From a virus, in IMG/VR virus record IMGVR_UViG_3300046002_007411, positions 1 to 64,000 of that record: a DNA stretch of 64,000 bases; one strand, given 5' to 3'. The notes under the pieces were generated by a model that was not told the DNA's origin, did no database searches, and worked only from the letters and a program-made list of their open reading frames with translations. This document shows, in pieces, positions 48,740-58,815 of the stretch; position 1 is the stretch's first letter; each line of letters starts with the position of its first letter. A program made the position numbers and the translations under genes.

Positions 48740-50113
48740 TTAAGTATTAGGGTGAGATGTAATATTAGTACCAACTATAGTATTAGCCCCTGTAGTAATC
48801 AATCCATCGTTACATATGTTACCCACAAAGTTATTGTAGTCGGCAGTGCCGCTTTCGGTAATATTGGGTGTTATTGCACTTGCACAAGTGTTGCCAGTTA
48901 TTGTGGTATATTTGCCTTTTACATCAATGTCACTTGTTCCATTGGGACTGAATACACAACCAGTAACCGTATTCCAACGACCATCTATATTGGCAGCATA
49001 GGTGTTTAGCGCAACAAAGCAACCAGTAAGTTGTATTCTTTCGCAATCGCTGTCAGTGTGCAAGCCCGGTCCCCAGTATCCACCTGTTCCTGCAAAGGAA
49101 ATGTCAGTGCCTTGGAATCTCCAGTTTGCACAGTTCACCAAATCAACCATGGGATCACTTGTGGGCGTAGGTGTTGTGCCCGAGGGGAATCCACTGGTAA
49201 AGCTGCCGCCAATTACATTTGCCCAGTGAATTTCGTTGGCATAAATGCCTTTTTGACCATTAGATTCACAGTTGATCAACCGTTGTCCTTCACTAGAAGG
49301 TCCCCGTGGAGACTCGCTTTGAATAAGAGTGTATCCATATCCTGTGCCGTTTTGTGCATGACAACTGTTGAAGTTCACGTCACCGCAGGTGTCTATGTAA
49401 TAGGGAGTAGTGCAACTTTGCGCTTGAAGATTGTTCAACCAAATATTTGCAGAAAAACGCAAATGCACAGCTTTGTTTAATAAACCAAATTCGCAATCAG
49501 TTATTCTAATATAAACAACGCGGATGGCAGCATCTGTGCCTGAAATATATACTGCTGTGCCTGCTCCGGGATTCTGACTGATAAACGATAGTTGGCTGAT
49601 GTTTATATTTGTGTTTGTAACTGTAGTTTCTGTGTATGTGAATATATCTTGACCAGAGTCTCTAGCATAAACTTCACTTACACCAGTTCCATCACCCACT
49701 ATAGTGATATTGGGACCAATAGTGATGGCTCCTACCTTATACTGACCTGATGGAAAATACACTGTGGCTCGATCTGCCGCCAAAGCTGCGTTAACCGCTG
49801 CTTGCACAGCACCAGTTGCATCTTGTGCAAAAACACCAGTTGCACCAAAATCTTTTACATTGAAAACGTCAGCAAATCTGTCGGCAAGAACTCTAGCAAA
49901 TGTTGTATTGGTAGCTAAAACATTGACATTGCTTAAAACATCTTGACTAAACTGCGTGATGATTTCAGTGTTGTCTCCAAATCCATCACTGTTGCCTATA
50001 AACAACTGGCGGGTGTCCAAGCACCAACCCAACTCGCCTTCGCTAAGTTGAACGGGTAAATCGCTACGCAAACCTCTACGGTGCTGAATTTGGCTGGTAA
50101 CTACAATAGTCAT
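48740..50113 (-). CDS. tailspike-like protein (virion-anchoring N-terminus + pectate-lyase-3 beta helix)
   Basis: IQHRRG...L.EGELGW..DTRQLFIG; NVKDFGATG, VYFPSGQY; beta-helix repeats. Confidence 0.8.
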   Translation of the reverse strand: MTIVVTSQIQHRRGLRSDLPVQLSEGELGWCLDTRQLFIGNSDGFGDNTEIITQFSQDVLSNVNVLATNTTFARVLADRFADVFNVKDFGATGVFAQDATGAVQAAVNAALAADRATVYFPSGQYKVGAITIGPNITIVGDGTGVSEVYARDSGQDIFTYTETTVTNTNINISQLSFISQNPGAGTAVYISGTDAAIRVVYIRITDCEFGLLNKAVHLRFSANIWLNNLQAQSCTTPYYIDTCGDVNFNSCHAQNGTGYGYTLIQSESPRGPSSEGQRLINCESNGQKGIYANEIHWANVIGGSFTSGFPSGTTPTPTSDPMVDLVNCANWRFQGTDISFAGTGGYWGPGLHTDSDCERIQLTGCFVALNTYAANIDGRWNTVTGCVFSPNGTSDIDVKGKYTTITGNTCASAITPNITESGTADYNNFVGNICNDGLITTGANTIVGTNITSHPNT

Positions 50114-50238
50114 GCTAGTGGGATCTCCATGTTGGATATTTATTAAAGGTAGGGCTGTAATGCGCTTACATTTACCACACGTTTGTTAATATCATACACA
50201 TGCTGCGTGGGTTATCCCAAACACATGCATTTTTTTGG

Positions 50239-50266
50239 TTGACATACCGGCTGACTGTGCTATCAT
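50239..50266 (+). promoter_or_regulatory. sigma70-type early promoter, leaderless
   Basis: TTGACA-N16-TATCAT, ATG 6 nt downstream. Confidence 0.7.
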
Positions 50267-50272
50267 GGGCAC

Positions 50273-50686
50273 ATGAGCAAGAAACCCCAGGTCAGCGTTG
50301 GTGACGTTGTCACCGTTTTGGTCAAAAATCGCATGCAGGGCATGCTAGTTTGGAGGCCTGCTACTGACGAACTAGAGGGCAAGATCATGTCAAGCCCGGA
50401 CTGGGTCCCTGAGCACAGCTTTTGTATGACTGGCTCGCGATGGGTTCCCATGCGTGTGATCCGTTGGAGCGATGTGGTCAGCATCACGCAGAACGGTCGT
50501 ACTGAAAAGGTAGCCCTATCTGCTGAGGTTACCGCCAAGCCACAGGAATGGCAGATTGCAGGCAGCCGCGGTGCAACCTACACTGTCAGCAAGGTTCGTG
50601 GAAACTGGCGTTGCAATTGCGTGGCAGGACAGTTCAACCGGGCGTGCAAGCATGTAGCACAAGCCCAAAAGCTGGCTGCGGCTTGA
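50273..50686 (+). CDS. SWIM zinc-finger protein
   Basis: GSRG..YTV, W.CNC..G.F...CKH; GC-rich. Confidence 0.85.
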   Translation: MSKKPQVSVGDVVTVLVKNRMQGMLVWRPATDELEGKIMSSPDWVPEHSFCMTGSRWVPMRVIRWSDVVSITQNGRTEKVALSAEVTAKPQEWQIAGSRGATYTVSKVRGNWRCNCVAGQFNRACKHVAQAQKLAAA

Positions 50687-50687
50687 G

Positions 50688-51371
50688 CTAGATCTTGTAA
50701 AATTCAGCCACACGCTGCCACCACAGCTGGCTGATATCGTCAAACTCTTGATCTTTTAGCACCCAACACTGGTGCTCTAGTTGTGGCGTGCACATGACAA
50801 TCACACCTTGACGAATATCCGTGCCAAACATAGCATTGTGACAATGTGCATATGCTACCAGCTGTAGCTTGTAATCAAACACCCGCTCGTTGGTTTTGGG
50901 ACGGTTGCTTTGTTTGAAGTCCACAATGCTGGGCTGGCCAGCCCAATTTCCGCAGCAGTCGGTTGTTCCTGCGTAAAGCTCGGGATAATATAAGTTGGCT
51001 TCCAACCCCCAAACTTCGTTTAGGTTGGGGCGAAGATAGTTTTCTATCAGGGTCTGTGCCATGTCCCAGCCCTGCTTGTGGTAGATGTTTGTGCCGGATT
51101 GTGGATTTAATCCCAGCAGTGTTTTTTCCAGATAGTTGTGCATGATAGTGCCGCGAGTAGCAGCCTCGGTGGTAATAGCTTGTGCTTTCTGAGCACCCAT
51201 GCGTCGTTTCCAAGCAGCAAGTGCTTGTCTAGCTTCTAGAGGCTTGGTAGCCTCTAAAATAGTTGTCACACTGGCAAGTTTATTGCCGTCGGGAGTTAGA
51301 TAACGACGTTGACCTTGGTCATTTGTGCCACGTTCAAGTTTGCTGTAGGAATAGACAGGATTAAGTTGCAT
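50688..51371 (-). CDS. PD-(D/E)XK exonuclease
   Basis: SVTTIL, RGT..H, YAGTTD, IVDFKQS, QL.AY. Confidence 0.9.
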   Translation of the reverse strand: MQLNPVYSYSKLERGTNDQGQRRYLTPDGNKLASVTTILEATKPLEARQALAAWKRRMGAQKAQAITTEAATRGTIMHNYLEKTLLGLNPQSGTNIYHKQGWDMAQTLIENYLRPNLNEVWGLEANLYYPELYAGTTDCCGNWAGQPSIVDFKQSNRPKTNERVFDYKLQLVAYAHCHNAMFGTDIRQGVIVMCTPQLEHQCWVLKDQEFDDISQLWWQRVAEFYKI

Positions 51372-51408
51372 AAGCTAGCTTACTACATGCTTTATGAAAA
51401 GTCACACG

Positions 51409-51738
51409 TTAAATCTTGCGTGATTTTTTAGCCATTTTAGCTACATGATCTCGCGCTTTTTCTGATTCATCAGCACTGGTAATAGATTCCGGGGTGCCAA
51501 CATCCAGATACACATGATCAGGTGTCACTCTCTTGACAAAATCAGCACCTGTTAGAGCGTTCATGACCCATTCCGGGCTAACGTCGTAATCTTGCCCGTG
51601 CAGTTCTTTCATGTGTTTGAGAACCAAGTCCATGCTTACCTTGCTGGTTTTATTAGCAAGGTAAGGTATGAACATCTGTTTCAAACTTTGTGCGACTTCA
51701 GTTTCAATGTCCTCGCACAAAATTTCACTAATACGCAC
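51409..51738 (-). CDS. hypothetical protein (GTG start, MRISEIL)
   Basis: Start directly follows the upstream stop; N-terminus matches the M-x-I-x-E-I motif. Confidence 0.6.
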   Translation of the reverse strand: MRISEILCEDIETEVAQSLKQMFIPYLANKTSKVSMDLVLKHMKELHGQDYDVSPEWVMNALTGADFVKRVTPDHVYLDVGTPESITSADESEKARDHVAKMAKKSRKI

Positions 51739-51739
51739 G

Positions 51740-54700
51740 TTACAGGGTGCCCTGTAACTTGGTGATCTTTTTATCAAAGTCTCTGGGACCAAACATTTGC
51801 AAAACTTTGATATCTTTTGCATTTAAATCACGCCAAAATTTGGCATTGGCACGGCTTTCAAAAAACTTCTGCTGTTGTTGACCTTGCTGGTCTTGATAAG
51901 CCAATCCCCATGGTGCTTGTTTTTTAGCTTGCACCAGTTTGCGGATTTGCAGCACAGTGGCAACTTGTTCTTGTAGCTTGTGAATGCCTTGATTGCGATA
52001 AGCTGCCAGCCAAGTTTCAACTTTACGTTGATGTTGTTGAGCTTGGGCAATTTTACCTGCAACAACTTCACCTTCTAAACCGTAACCTACATTCAGGGGA
52101 TCAACTACAATGCCTTCGCTAAGCTGTTGTTTCCATGTTTGGCGATGTTCTTGAAGAGTTTTTTGCAAGCTACCAATGTGCTTTTTGAGTGTTTCCAAAC
52201 GAACTTGGTTGCGTGTATAGCTTTCTTCTTTTTTGCCAAACATTTTCCAAGCTGTTGCATACAAGACTTCTTCAGCACGATCACCGTATTGTTTGCGGAA
52301 CTTTTCTTTGTTTTGGCGTATAAAACGTTCGGCTTTTTCACCAGGAGGCGCAACTTCTTGCAACTGAGCTTCTGGTAATCCTGATGTTTTACGACGTTGC
52401 AGTTCCTTATTTGCGTTTGCGTCGCCTTTAGCAGCTAGTTGTTGCAAACGCTGATCGCTTGCAATGTCGTAGGGATTGCTTACACCAGTTGCGCTGGGCT
52501 TCATATCCAGGCTAGGAGTAGGTTGCGGTCCACGACGTGCAAGTTCTTGACGTGCCTTGGAATCACTAGCAGCTTTTTGCTTTAAACGATCATAGTCCAT
52601 TATTTCATAAGGATTTGCTCCCATTAAACTATTTTCTTTTAGTTTACCGTATGCAAGTGTAGGTGCAGCAGCTTGTGCAGTCCCTGTCCGTGGAATGTGC
52701 CCACCTCTGGTCCTTTGTGATTTTTCCGCTCCGCGTGCACGTTTTGCAGAACCCTGCGTAACGTTCCCACCACGTGCCAAAAACTCACGTTCCATTCTTT
52801 CCTGTTCTTTACGTTCGTCGGGACTTAGGTCTTCTTTCATACCCATGCCGTCATCTTCAGGATCTTCGTCACTGCCCCAGTCATCGTCCCATGCTTCTGC
52901 CAAGTCATTCTTTTTGCTGCGGCCTAGTGGTTCTTCAGCCCCCGGTGCTTCTGCAGGAGGTTCACCTAGTTCATCGCCATCAGGAGTTTCTTCGCCAGCT
53001 AATTCAACATCAGGGGCTGGTGCTTCTGCTTGTTGACCGGGTATTCCACCTTGTTGTAGTGTTTCAATGCTAGTGTCAACTTGTTCTTTTGTTTCAGTTG
53101 TAGTGCTTAATAGTGATTCCAAACTGGCTTTTACAGTGTCATTGAAACCTTGTGCAGCTTCAGGGCCAAACTGTTCGCGCATGACGTCTACCAAGGGCAT
53201 GAGATCTTCCACGCTCATCTTGGCAATCTTTTCAGCAGTTTGTTGAAGTTGATTGCTTAAATCTTTAGCTGCCAACAGTGTTTCTGCTTGAGCTAGGTCT
53301 TGCTGTTCCATGACCTTTGCACGGCGCAGGCGTTGCTCGGCAAGGTGGCGGCTTTTGCCAGCGCGGGCATCACTGAAGTGATCATCTAGGGCGTGCATTT
53401 CAAATTGCTTGTAGTCTAAATAATGCTTGGCGCTGCTAATGCATTCGCTTGCTGTGGTAAGCTTCATGGCCACCCAGCCTTCGAGATGATCTCCTGGCTT
53501 GATCATTTCAAACAACTTGGTGCTGTATTCCACAATCATCATGAGATTTTGGCGAGTAATACTTCCTGATGTTTCGCCAAGTTCCATGTCACCATCAAGG
53601 TCTTCAGGAAGTTGTTCAGGCTCAAAAGTCTTGTAATAGTCAAGGTAGTGATAAATTTTGTCAAGGTAGTTGGCTGACTTGGTCAATGCACCAGCTATCC
53701 AAGGCTCAATTTCTTCGTTAACTTGTATTTGATTCATCATGCTCATGGCATACTTGGCATTGCGATAAAGTTCGCTGCGGGTCATGCTAGCTTGATATTC
53801 ATAATGCTTGACATCAGTATGTGGGTCACGTTCAACGTCTACGTCAAACTCCAAACTGTCATGCATTTCTCCCAGCACATTTTCATCAACTTTTGCAAGT
53901 TCATCACGTGTGTCGCCAGTTACTTGGAAAGTCTTGCCAGCAACTGTGAAGTGTTTTTTACCTGATTTGATAGCGTCAAGGCGTGCTTTTACAAACTCAT
54001 TGCCTTCCGGTGTAACTTCACGACGACTGTGAATCATATCGGTTTCTTTTACTGACTTTTTAGCCTTTTTGTCCATGGGCTGCTCTTTCTCTTTTTCAAT
54101 TTCTTTTTCCACTTCCCAGTCGCCGCGACGTATTTCGGGATCACCGCGTAGCTCTTCACGCTGTGCTAGCAAAGCTGGGCCATAAAGCTCAACCCCTTTG
54201 TTGACTATACGTGTTTTGACTTTGTCAGTTACGTCATCTAACATGCCTGCTTGCTCCGCATGCCGCATGAGCTTGACAATATCACGCTCAAGTGTTGTCA
54301 GTTGGGTTGCTTGCTCTTTGGCAAAAGCTGTGCCCACATGCTGTAGTTTATCTGCTATAGTTTGCAGCGCAACAATGAACAAATCGCGTTGTTCTTGCTG
54401 TTGCTTTTCTTCATTGCTGAGCTTGCCAGTTTTACTGGGAGGAACAACATACATGGCAAACTGCTCAAGTTTGCGGGCAAATGCCAAACGTTGCTGTTCC
54501 TTGCTGACAGGAGCATCTAGGGATTCTTTTACAGTGGTTTTCTTCTTGCGTCCAGGACTTACTTCACGAAGAGTAATAGACAACGCTTCCAAAATCAGCA
54601 TGTTTTTAATGTATTCGGGATTGCTGAGATAGCTGTTGAAGCTGCTGTTTTCAATCACAGTATCCCGGGCCTGCTGTGTTTCCGAGATCATAGCATGTAT

Positions 54701-54811
54701 TTTGCTCTCACTGAGATTGTTTGGTAACTCAATACCATGAATACTTTTTAAAGTATGACGTAGTTGTTGTAGTCTATAAGTTGGAGTGGGGTCCAAGTAA
54801 TCAATAACCAT
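51740..54811 (-). CDS. large acidic/helical head-assembly (scaffold/core-like) protein
   Basis: 1023 aa; internal duplicated helical modules; many xxE sites; TATAAATA late promoter. Confidence 0.55.
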   Translation of the reverse strand: MVIDYLDPTPTYRLQQLRHTLKSIHGIELPNNLSESKIHAMISETQQARDTVIENSSFNSYLSNPEYIKNMLILEALSITLREVSPGRKKKTTVKESLDAPVSKEQQRLAFARKLEQFAMYVVPPSKTGKLSNEEKQQQEQRDLFIVALQTIADKLQHVGTAFAKEQATQLTTLERDIVKLMRHAEQAGMLDDVTDKVKTRIVNKGVELYGPALLAQREELRGDPEIRRGDWEVEKEIEKEKEQPMDKKAKKSVKETDMIHSRREVTPEGNEFVKARLDAIKSGKKHFTVAGKTFQVTGDTRDELAKVDENVLGEMHDSLEFDVDVERDPHTDVKHYEYQASMTRSELYRNAKYAMSMMNQIQVNEEIEPWIAGALTKSANYLDKIYHYLDYYKTFEPEQLPEDLDGDMELGETSGSITRQNLMMIVEYSTKLFEMIKPGDHLEGWVAMKLTTASECISSAKHYLDYKQFEMHALDDHFSDARAGKSRHLAEQRLRRAKVMEQQDLAQAETLLAAKDLSNQLQQTAEKIAKMSVEDLMPLVDVMREQFGPEAAQGFNDTVKASLESLLSTTTETKEQVDTSIETLQQGGIPGQQAEAPAPDVELAGEETPDGDELGEPPAEAPGAEEPLGRSKKNDLAEAWDDDWGSDEDPEDDGMGMKEDLSPDERKEQERMEREFLARGGNVTQGSAKRARGAEKSQRTRGGHIPRTGTAQAAAPTLAYGKLKENSLMGANPYEIMDYDRLKQKAASDSKARQELARRGPQPTPSLDMKPSATGVSNPYDIASDQRLQQLAAKGDANANKELQRRKTSGLPEAQLQEVAPPGEKAERFIRQNKEKFRKQYGDRAEEVLYATAWKMFGKKEESYTRNQVRLETLKKHIGSLQKTLQEHRQTWKQQLSEGIVVDPLNVGYGLEGEVVAGKIAQAQQHQRKVETWLAAYRNQGIHKLQEQVATVLQIRKLVQAKKQAPWGLAYQDQQGQQQQKFFESRANAKFWRDLNAKDIKVLQMFGPRDFDKKITKLQGTL

Positions 54812-54813
54812 GA

Positions 54814-54877
54814 ATATTTCCCTGCTGCCTGGGTATGCTAACTGATTTGTATTTATACACCGGCAGCAGAGAAATAT
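54814..54877 (-). promoter_or_regulatory. T4-type late promoter inside an RBS-occluding hairpin
   Basis: ATATTTCTCTGCTGCC...TATAAATA...GGCAGCAGGGAAATAT-TC-ATG. Confidence 0.75.
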
Positions 54878-54892
54878 ATTTTTAAAATTCTA

Positions 54893-55540
54893 CTAGATTG
54901 GCAAGTGTTTTTTTAGTTGATCACGTATCTGTTGTGCGCGATCGCTGCTGGCTTGCATGCGGGTTTCGTAGAGTTGACGTTGATGTTGATCACGTGTTTT
55001 GCGACTGCGGATGCGGAACCTGTGTGCATCAATTTTATGACTGGTATAGGTATCATCTTGCTCAAACAGCTCGCGAACTTTCCAACTGTTGACCATTTCG
55101 CCTTTGTTTAACAGTCGTGCAACGCCCAACGCAGTTTCATAAAGACTGATGTCATTTGCTATTACTTGTTGAGTTTGTGTGTGATGGATACTGTAGTATT
55201 GTTTTCCAGCTAGGCGAGCAGCATCTTCATGAACAGCAATCTGCCAACTTCCCACACTTATTCCACGTGTATTACGTTGCTCTTGTAAAGCTTGGCGGAA
55301 TTCTTGGTTGGGCTCAGGATCTTGAACCAAATCATCAGTAATATGTTCCAGTCTAGAAAGCACATTATGCATGGCTTGCACGTCAGCTGACGTTATTTGG
55401 CCAGGACCTGCCAGTTGCACACTTTCATTCAGTGGTTTACTGGGATTTTTAGGAGAGGATGCTGCACCTGCAGGGGATTTGCCATCCATAATATCCAGCA
55501 GATTTTGCATGTAGTTGCGTTCTTGTTCGCCAACGGTCAT
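54893..55540 (-). CDS. hypothetical protein
   Basis: 215 aa ORF, AGGAG SD, operon context. Confidence 0.7.
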   Translation of the reverse strand: MTVGEQERNYMQNLLDIMDGKSPAGAASSPKNPSKPLNESVQLAGPGQITSADVQAMHNVLSRLEHITDDLVQDPEPNQEFRQALQEQRNTRGISVGSWQIAVHEDAARLAGKQYYSIHHTQTQQVIANDISLYETALGVARLLNKGEMVNSWKVRELFEQDDTYTSHKIDAHRFRIRSRKTRDQHQRQLYETRMQASSDRAQQIRDQLKKHLPI

Positions 55541-55758
55541 GATTTATGCTCCTGATAACCATAGTAAATATGGCCCTGACTTTGCAGTCTTGTCAAGAGG
55601 CCACGCTGACAAAGTTGTCGGGCTATTTCCTGTTCACGTTCATTTAATGCTCGACGCAAGCAAACACCATTTTCACTTCCACGAACCCGTTCAAGTACAA
55701 CAGATTCTTCATTGCTAATGGGTTGCAGCACGCCTTGAGCTATTTCGATAAACTTCAT
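55537..55758 (-). CDS. small hypothetical protein (winged-helix-like)
   Basis: ISNEE, LNEREQ.IA..L..RG.L.R; ATGA overlaps. Confidence 0.65.
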   Translation of the reverse strand: MKFIEIAQGVLQPISNEESVVLERVRGSENGVCLRRALNEREQEIARQLCQRGLLTRLQSQGHIYYGYQEHKS

Positions 55759-56156
55759 CTTGGTGTTGCACCAACAGGTGCAGGCTGCGCAGCGGTGGGT
55801 TTAACGGCTGTTTGTGAACTTTTTATAAAGTCTGCACCTATTGCACCCAATGCCGTAAGAGCTTTGGTTTTTGCTTGTGCTTGCACAGTTTGAAATGGCT
55901 GTGCTTGAGCATTTTGATAAATGGCACTCAATAACGTTCCAATAACATATAATCTAGCTGCTTCGGCATTTCCTTTGTATTGCGGAAGGTTAATGGCACT
56001 TTTCACCAACTGCGAAATTGTATTACTAGCAGCATCTTCTTGTAAAGTTTCTGCAGGTGTATCAACTCCAGCCAGCTGCAACATTCTACCCAAGGGGTCT
56101 AATGTGGTTAAGTTGCCCATTACCCCTTCATTTACGATGTTTTCTGATTGTGTCAT
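55755..56156 (-). CDS. hypothetical protein
   Basis: RML.LAG motif; late promoter and AAGGA SD. Confidence 0.65.
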   Translation of the reverse strand: MTQSENIVNEGVMGNLTTLDPLGRMLQLAGVDTPAETLQEDAASNTISQLVKSAINLPQYKGNAEAARLYVIGTLLSAIYQNAQAQPFQTVQAQAKTKALTALGAIGADFIKSSQTAVKPTAAQPAPVGATPR

Positions 56157-56208
56157 AATGTTTTTCCTTGAACGTCAAGTATTTAGTTAGTGAACTTGAC
56201 ATCAAGAA

Positions 56209-56233
56209 AAAAGGGCGCAAAAGCGCCCTTTTC
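56209..56233 (-). terminator. intrinsic terminator
   Basis: aagggcgc-aaaa-gcgccctt with U tract on the minus strand. Confidence 0.75.
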
Positions 56234-56249
56234 TCCTAGTGGAAAAGTA

Positions 56250-57035
56250 TTACACGCCCACTGTGTTAAGCACAAAGCCTTGTGCTGCCATGGTGTTTGT
56301 AAGAGTTGCACTGCTTGTATTCCATGTTGTTACATAGGGTTGAACAGTGTTCTTGAGGTAGTAGTAGTTGGTTGCATCGGAACCTTGAGCACTTCCGCTA
56401 AGCACTTGAGCGCTTTGAGTGTCATATGCAGTAAGGCCATCCAATCCTTGGTAACTGCTGTTGCTTGCCAAGATGTTGTAACCTTGTGCATTTGTGTTGT
56501 CAGCAGCAGTTGAAGTACTGAAGTTGCTGTTAGTGCCAGCTGTCCACAGCAATGTCTTTTCTGTAGCAACGTGAACACTGTAGAAAGTTTTACCAGTTGT
56601 GTATGCGCTACCAAATACTTGTGTGGGTGTAGCAATGTTGTTGTAAAGCCCGTAAAATGCCCACAAAGTTGTTGTATTTGCATTGATTGCTGTTGCTGTG
56701 CCGGGAATGTTACCAGTTATGCTGTTAACACTAATGGCAACTGGATTAGCACGGCCAGAAAATGTGCGGATCAAGTTGTCAAGATTGGTTTGCTTGTAAA
56801 AAGCATCTAGATATGCATTCAATGTGGCATAGCTTGTTGCGGTACCGCTGCTGTCTGTAACAGACACTGTGGTCCACACGCCGGTGCTAGCATATGTTTG
56901 ATAGCTGGGCAGATCAACTACTGGTGTTACTACATTGGTTTGTCCAACTGGCACAAGTGTCAACAGGGTGAAGAAATCCATGTTGCCAGTTAGGAACTCA
57001 CCTGCAAATGTAGATCCATTTACGCGATCAGTCAT
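56250..57035 (-). CDS. putative virion structural protein (Thr/Ala/Asn-rich)
   Basis: Late promoter, strong SD and own terminator; composition typical of structural proteins. Confidence 0.6.
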   Translation of the reverse strand: MTDRVNGSTFAGEFLTGNMDFFTLLTLVPVGQTNVVTPVVDLPSYQTYASTGVWTTVSVTDSSGTATSYATLNAYLDAFYKQTNLDNLIRTFSGRANPVAISVNSITGNIPGTATAINANTTTLWAFYGLYNNIATPTQVFGSAYTTGKTFYSVHVATEKTLLWTAGTNSNFSTSTAADNTNAQGYNILASNSSYQGLDGLTAYDTQSAQVLSGSAQGSDATNYYYLKNTVQPYVTTWNTSSATLTNTMAAQGFVLNTVGV

Positions 57036-57108
57036 TGTTTATTCTCCTTGTAAGTGCAAGTATATTTTTGCATGAGTATTTATTAGGTTTGCCCAAATCA
57101 CGCGGGTT

Positions 57109-58815
57109 TCACACGTCTTGTCGGCGTTTGTAAAGAACAAAGTTCTCATGATGGAACAGGGAGTTTTCGGGATTGAAAAAACTTTGTTCATCTGTGTGGA
57201 TGAAATCCCCATCTATTTTGGTAATAGTGTGAGGTTTTTGATCTTTTCTGTCCCCCCATCTGGATATCACTTGATCCCCAACTTGAAATATATTCTTTCT
57301 TTTTGGTGCAGGCGCGTCTTCAGGAACATATCCAAACAAACTGGGCCTGCGATTTACTTGCCCCTGGGGATTTGCCATGCTGGCTATTGCACCAGCACTG
57401 GTTCCACCCGCACTTGCTGATTCTGAAACTGGTTTTCCAAATGCATTTAAGTTCCCGTTTTTGGCAACTTGAGTTTTTTGCCTGGTTATATTGTCAAGTG
57501 TTTTAGCATACTTGCCGGTATTTGCATCCGAGCGTGCTTGTATTTCTTTTTCTCTGGCGTCCAACTGTTTCCATTTTTCTATAGCCCGTGCTTGACTATT
57601 ACCATTGTCGGAAGCTTTTTTTAAAGCCTTTTCAGCAGCGGCACCTATTTGATGTCTAACTTCTTTTAGGTGTGTGGCATCCAGCAGTTGCACTAACTGA
57701 CCATCAACATATAGATTGTGCTTGATATTTCTACCAGGATTAAGACCTATCAAACGTTTGTGATATTCTAGAGCTTGGTCTTGTGTATCAAATGTTTTCA
57801 CAGCGTCATGCATTTTGCTTTCATTACCATCTTTTTTAACAGAAACAAGCTTAACTGGTTGCGATGCTGATTTTTTTCCAGCTCTCCACTTTGCCAAGTC
57901 ACTTTGTGCATGCTTCCAGCCTTTTATAGCTTCGGGTATATTAGTTTCTTCTCTAAAACCCCGCACATTTGATTGTCTAACCCAGTCGTCGGGTGTCATC
58001 TGATGCTGTGAGACAAACTCTTTATGCAGTTGATGCGGGCTGATCGACAACTTTTGGCAAATACCACGCATGATTTTGTCTATGTTTTCATAGCTGTGAT
58101 CTTGTGTTTTAGTCAATGCATGTTCAAGATCTTTAACGCCTTGACTGGCTTCTAGGTTTTCTTTCACAACTGGTAGGCGAGTCAGCAACTGCATGCGGTT
58201 GGCAGCACTGACAGGTGGTTTTTCTCCAGTAACAGGAGCAGGCCATTTTTGTTCTTGCACATAACGTCGCAAGCAGTTGCGTAGGTCACGCAAGCCTTGC
58301 GTGCGATGAATGTTTTCCCAAAGTTTCTGGCACACTGACCAGCGTGTGTCAGCATCAAGTTTCTGCCAGTTGGCAACATCACGACGTAGTTTTTTATCAG
58401 CAGTGCTGGTGATTTTATAACTGCTCTCCAACTGCAATAATCTTTGATTTTGCATGGACTGCGGATAGGTTACCTCACTACATGCATGCAGAAATTCGTG
58501 AGTAACACGGATCTGTTGGTCAATTTCGCTTTTTGTAAAATAACTTTTTTCGTCTCTAGCATGCTCACGTAATACTTCAGTATGCATGACATGCAAAAAC
58601 TCATACAAACCTGTGCTGTTGGCTATTTGCAGCGTGTTTTCTGCGTATTCTCTTATTACATGATGACTTTCTGGCTCTTGACGTAAAACATGCAAGGCAA
58701 GCAAGCCTTGGAAAATAGTATTAGAACACTCTGCAACATTAACTGGATTATTACCAGCCAAGCTTACTGTGGCATTTTGTGTTACGTATCGATTCAAATC
58801 TTGAAATAGTTTCAT
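57109..58815 (-). CDS. hypothetical (probable head internal) protein
   Basis: 568 aa; ESASAGGTSAGAIAS motif; many xxE sites. Confidence 0.6.
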   Translation of the reverse strand: MKLFQDLNRYVTQNATVSLAGNNPVNVAECSNTIFQGLLALHVLRQEPESHHVIREYAENTLQIANSTGLYEFLHVMHTEVLREHARDEKSYFTKSEIDQQIRVTHEFLHACSEVTYPQSMQNQRLLQLESSYKITSTADKKLRRDVANWQKLDADTRWSVCQKLWENIHRTQGLRDLRNCLRRYVQEQKWPAPVTGEKPPVSAANRMQLLTRLPVVKENLEASQGVKDLEHALTKTQDHSYENIDKIMRGICQKLSISPHQLHKEFVSQHQMTPDDWVRQSNVRGFREETNIPEAIKGWKHAQSDLAKWRAGKKSASQPVKLVSVKKDGNESKMHDAVKTFDTQDQALEYHKRLIGLNPGRNIKHNLYVDGQLVQLLDATHLKEVRHQIGAAAEKALKKASDNGNSQARAIEKWKQLDAREKEIQARSDANTGKYAKTLDNITRQKTQVAKNGNLNAFGKPVSESASAGGTSAGAIASMANPQGQVNRRPSLFGYVPEDAPAPKRKNIFQVGDQVISRWGDRKDQKPHTITKIDGDFIHTDEQSFFNPENSLFHHENFVLYKRRQDV

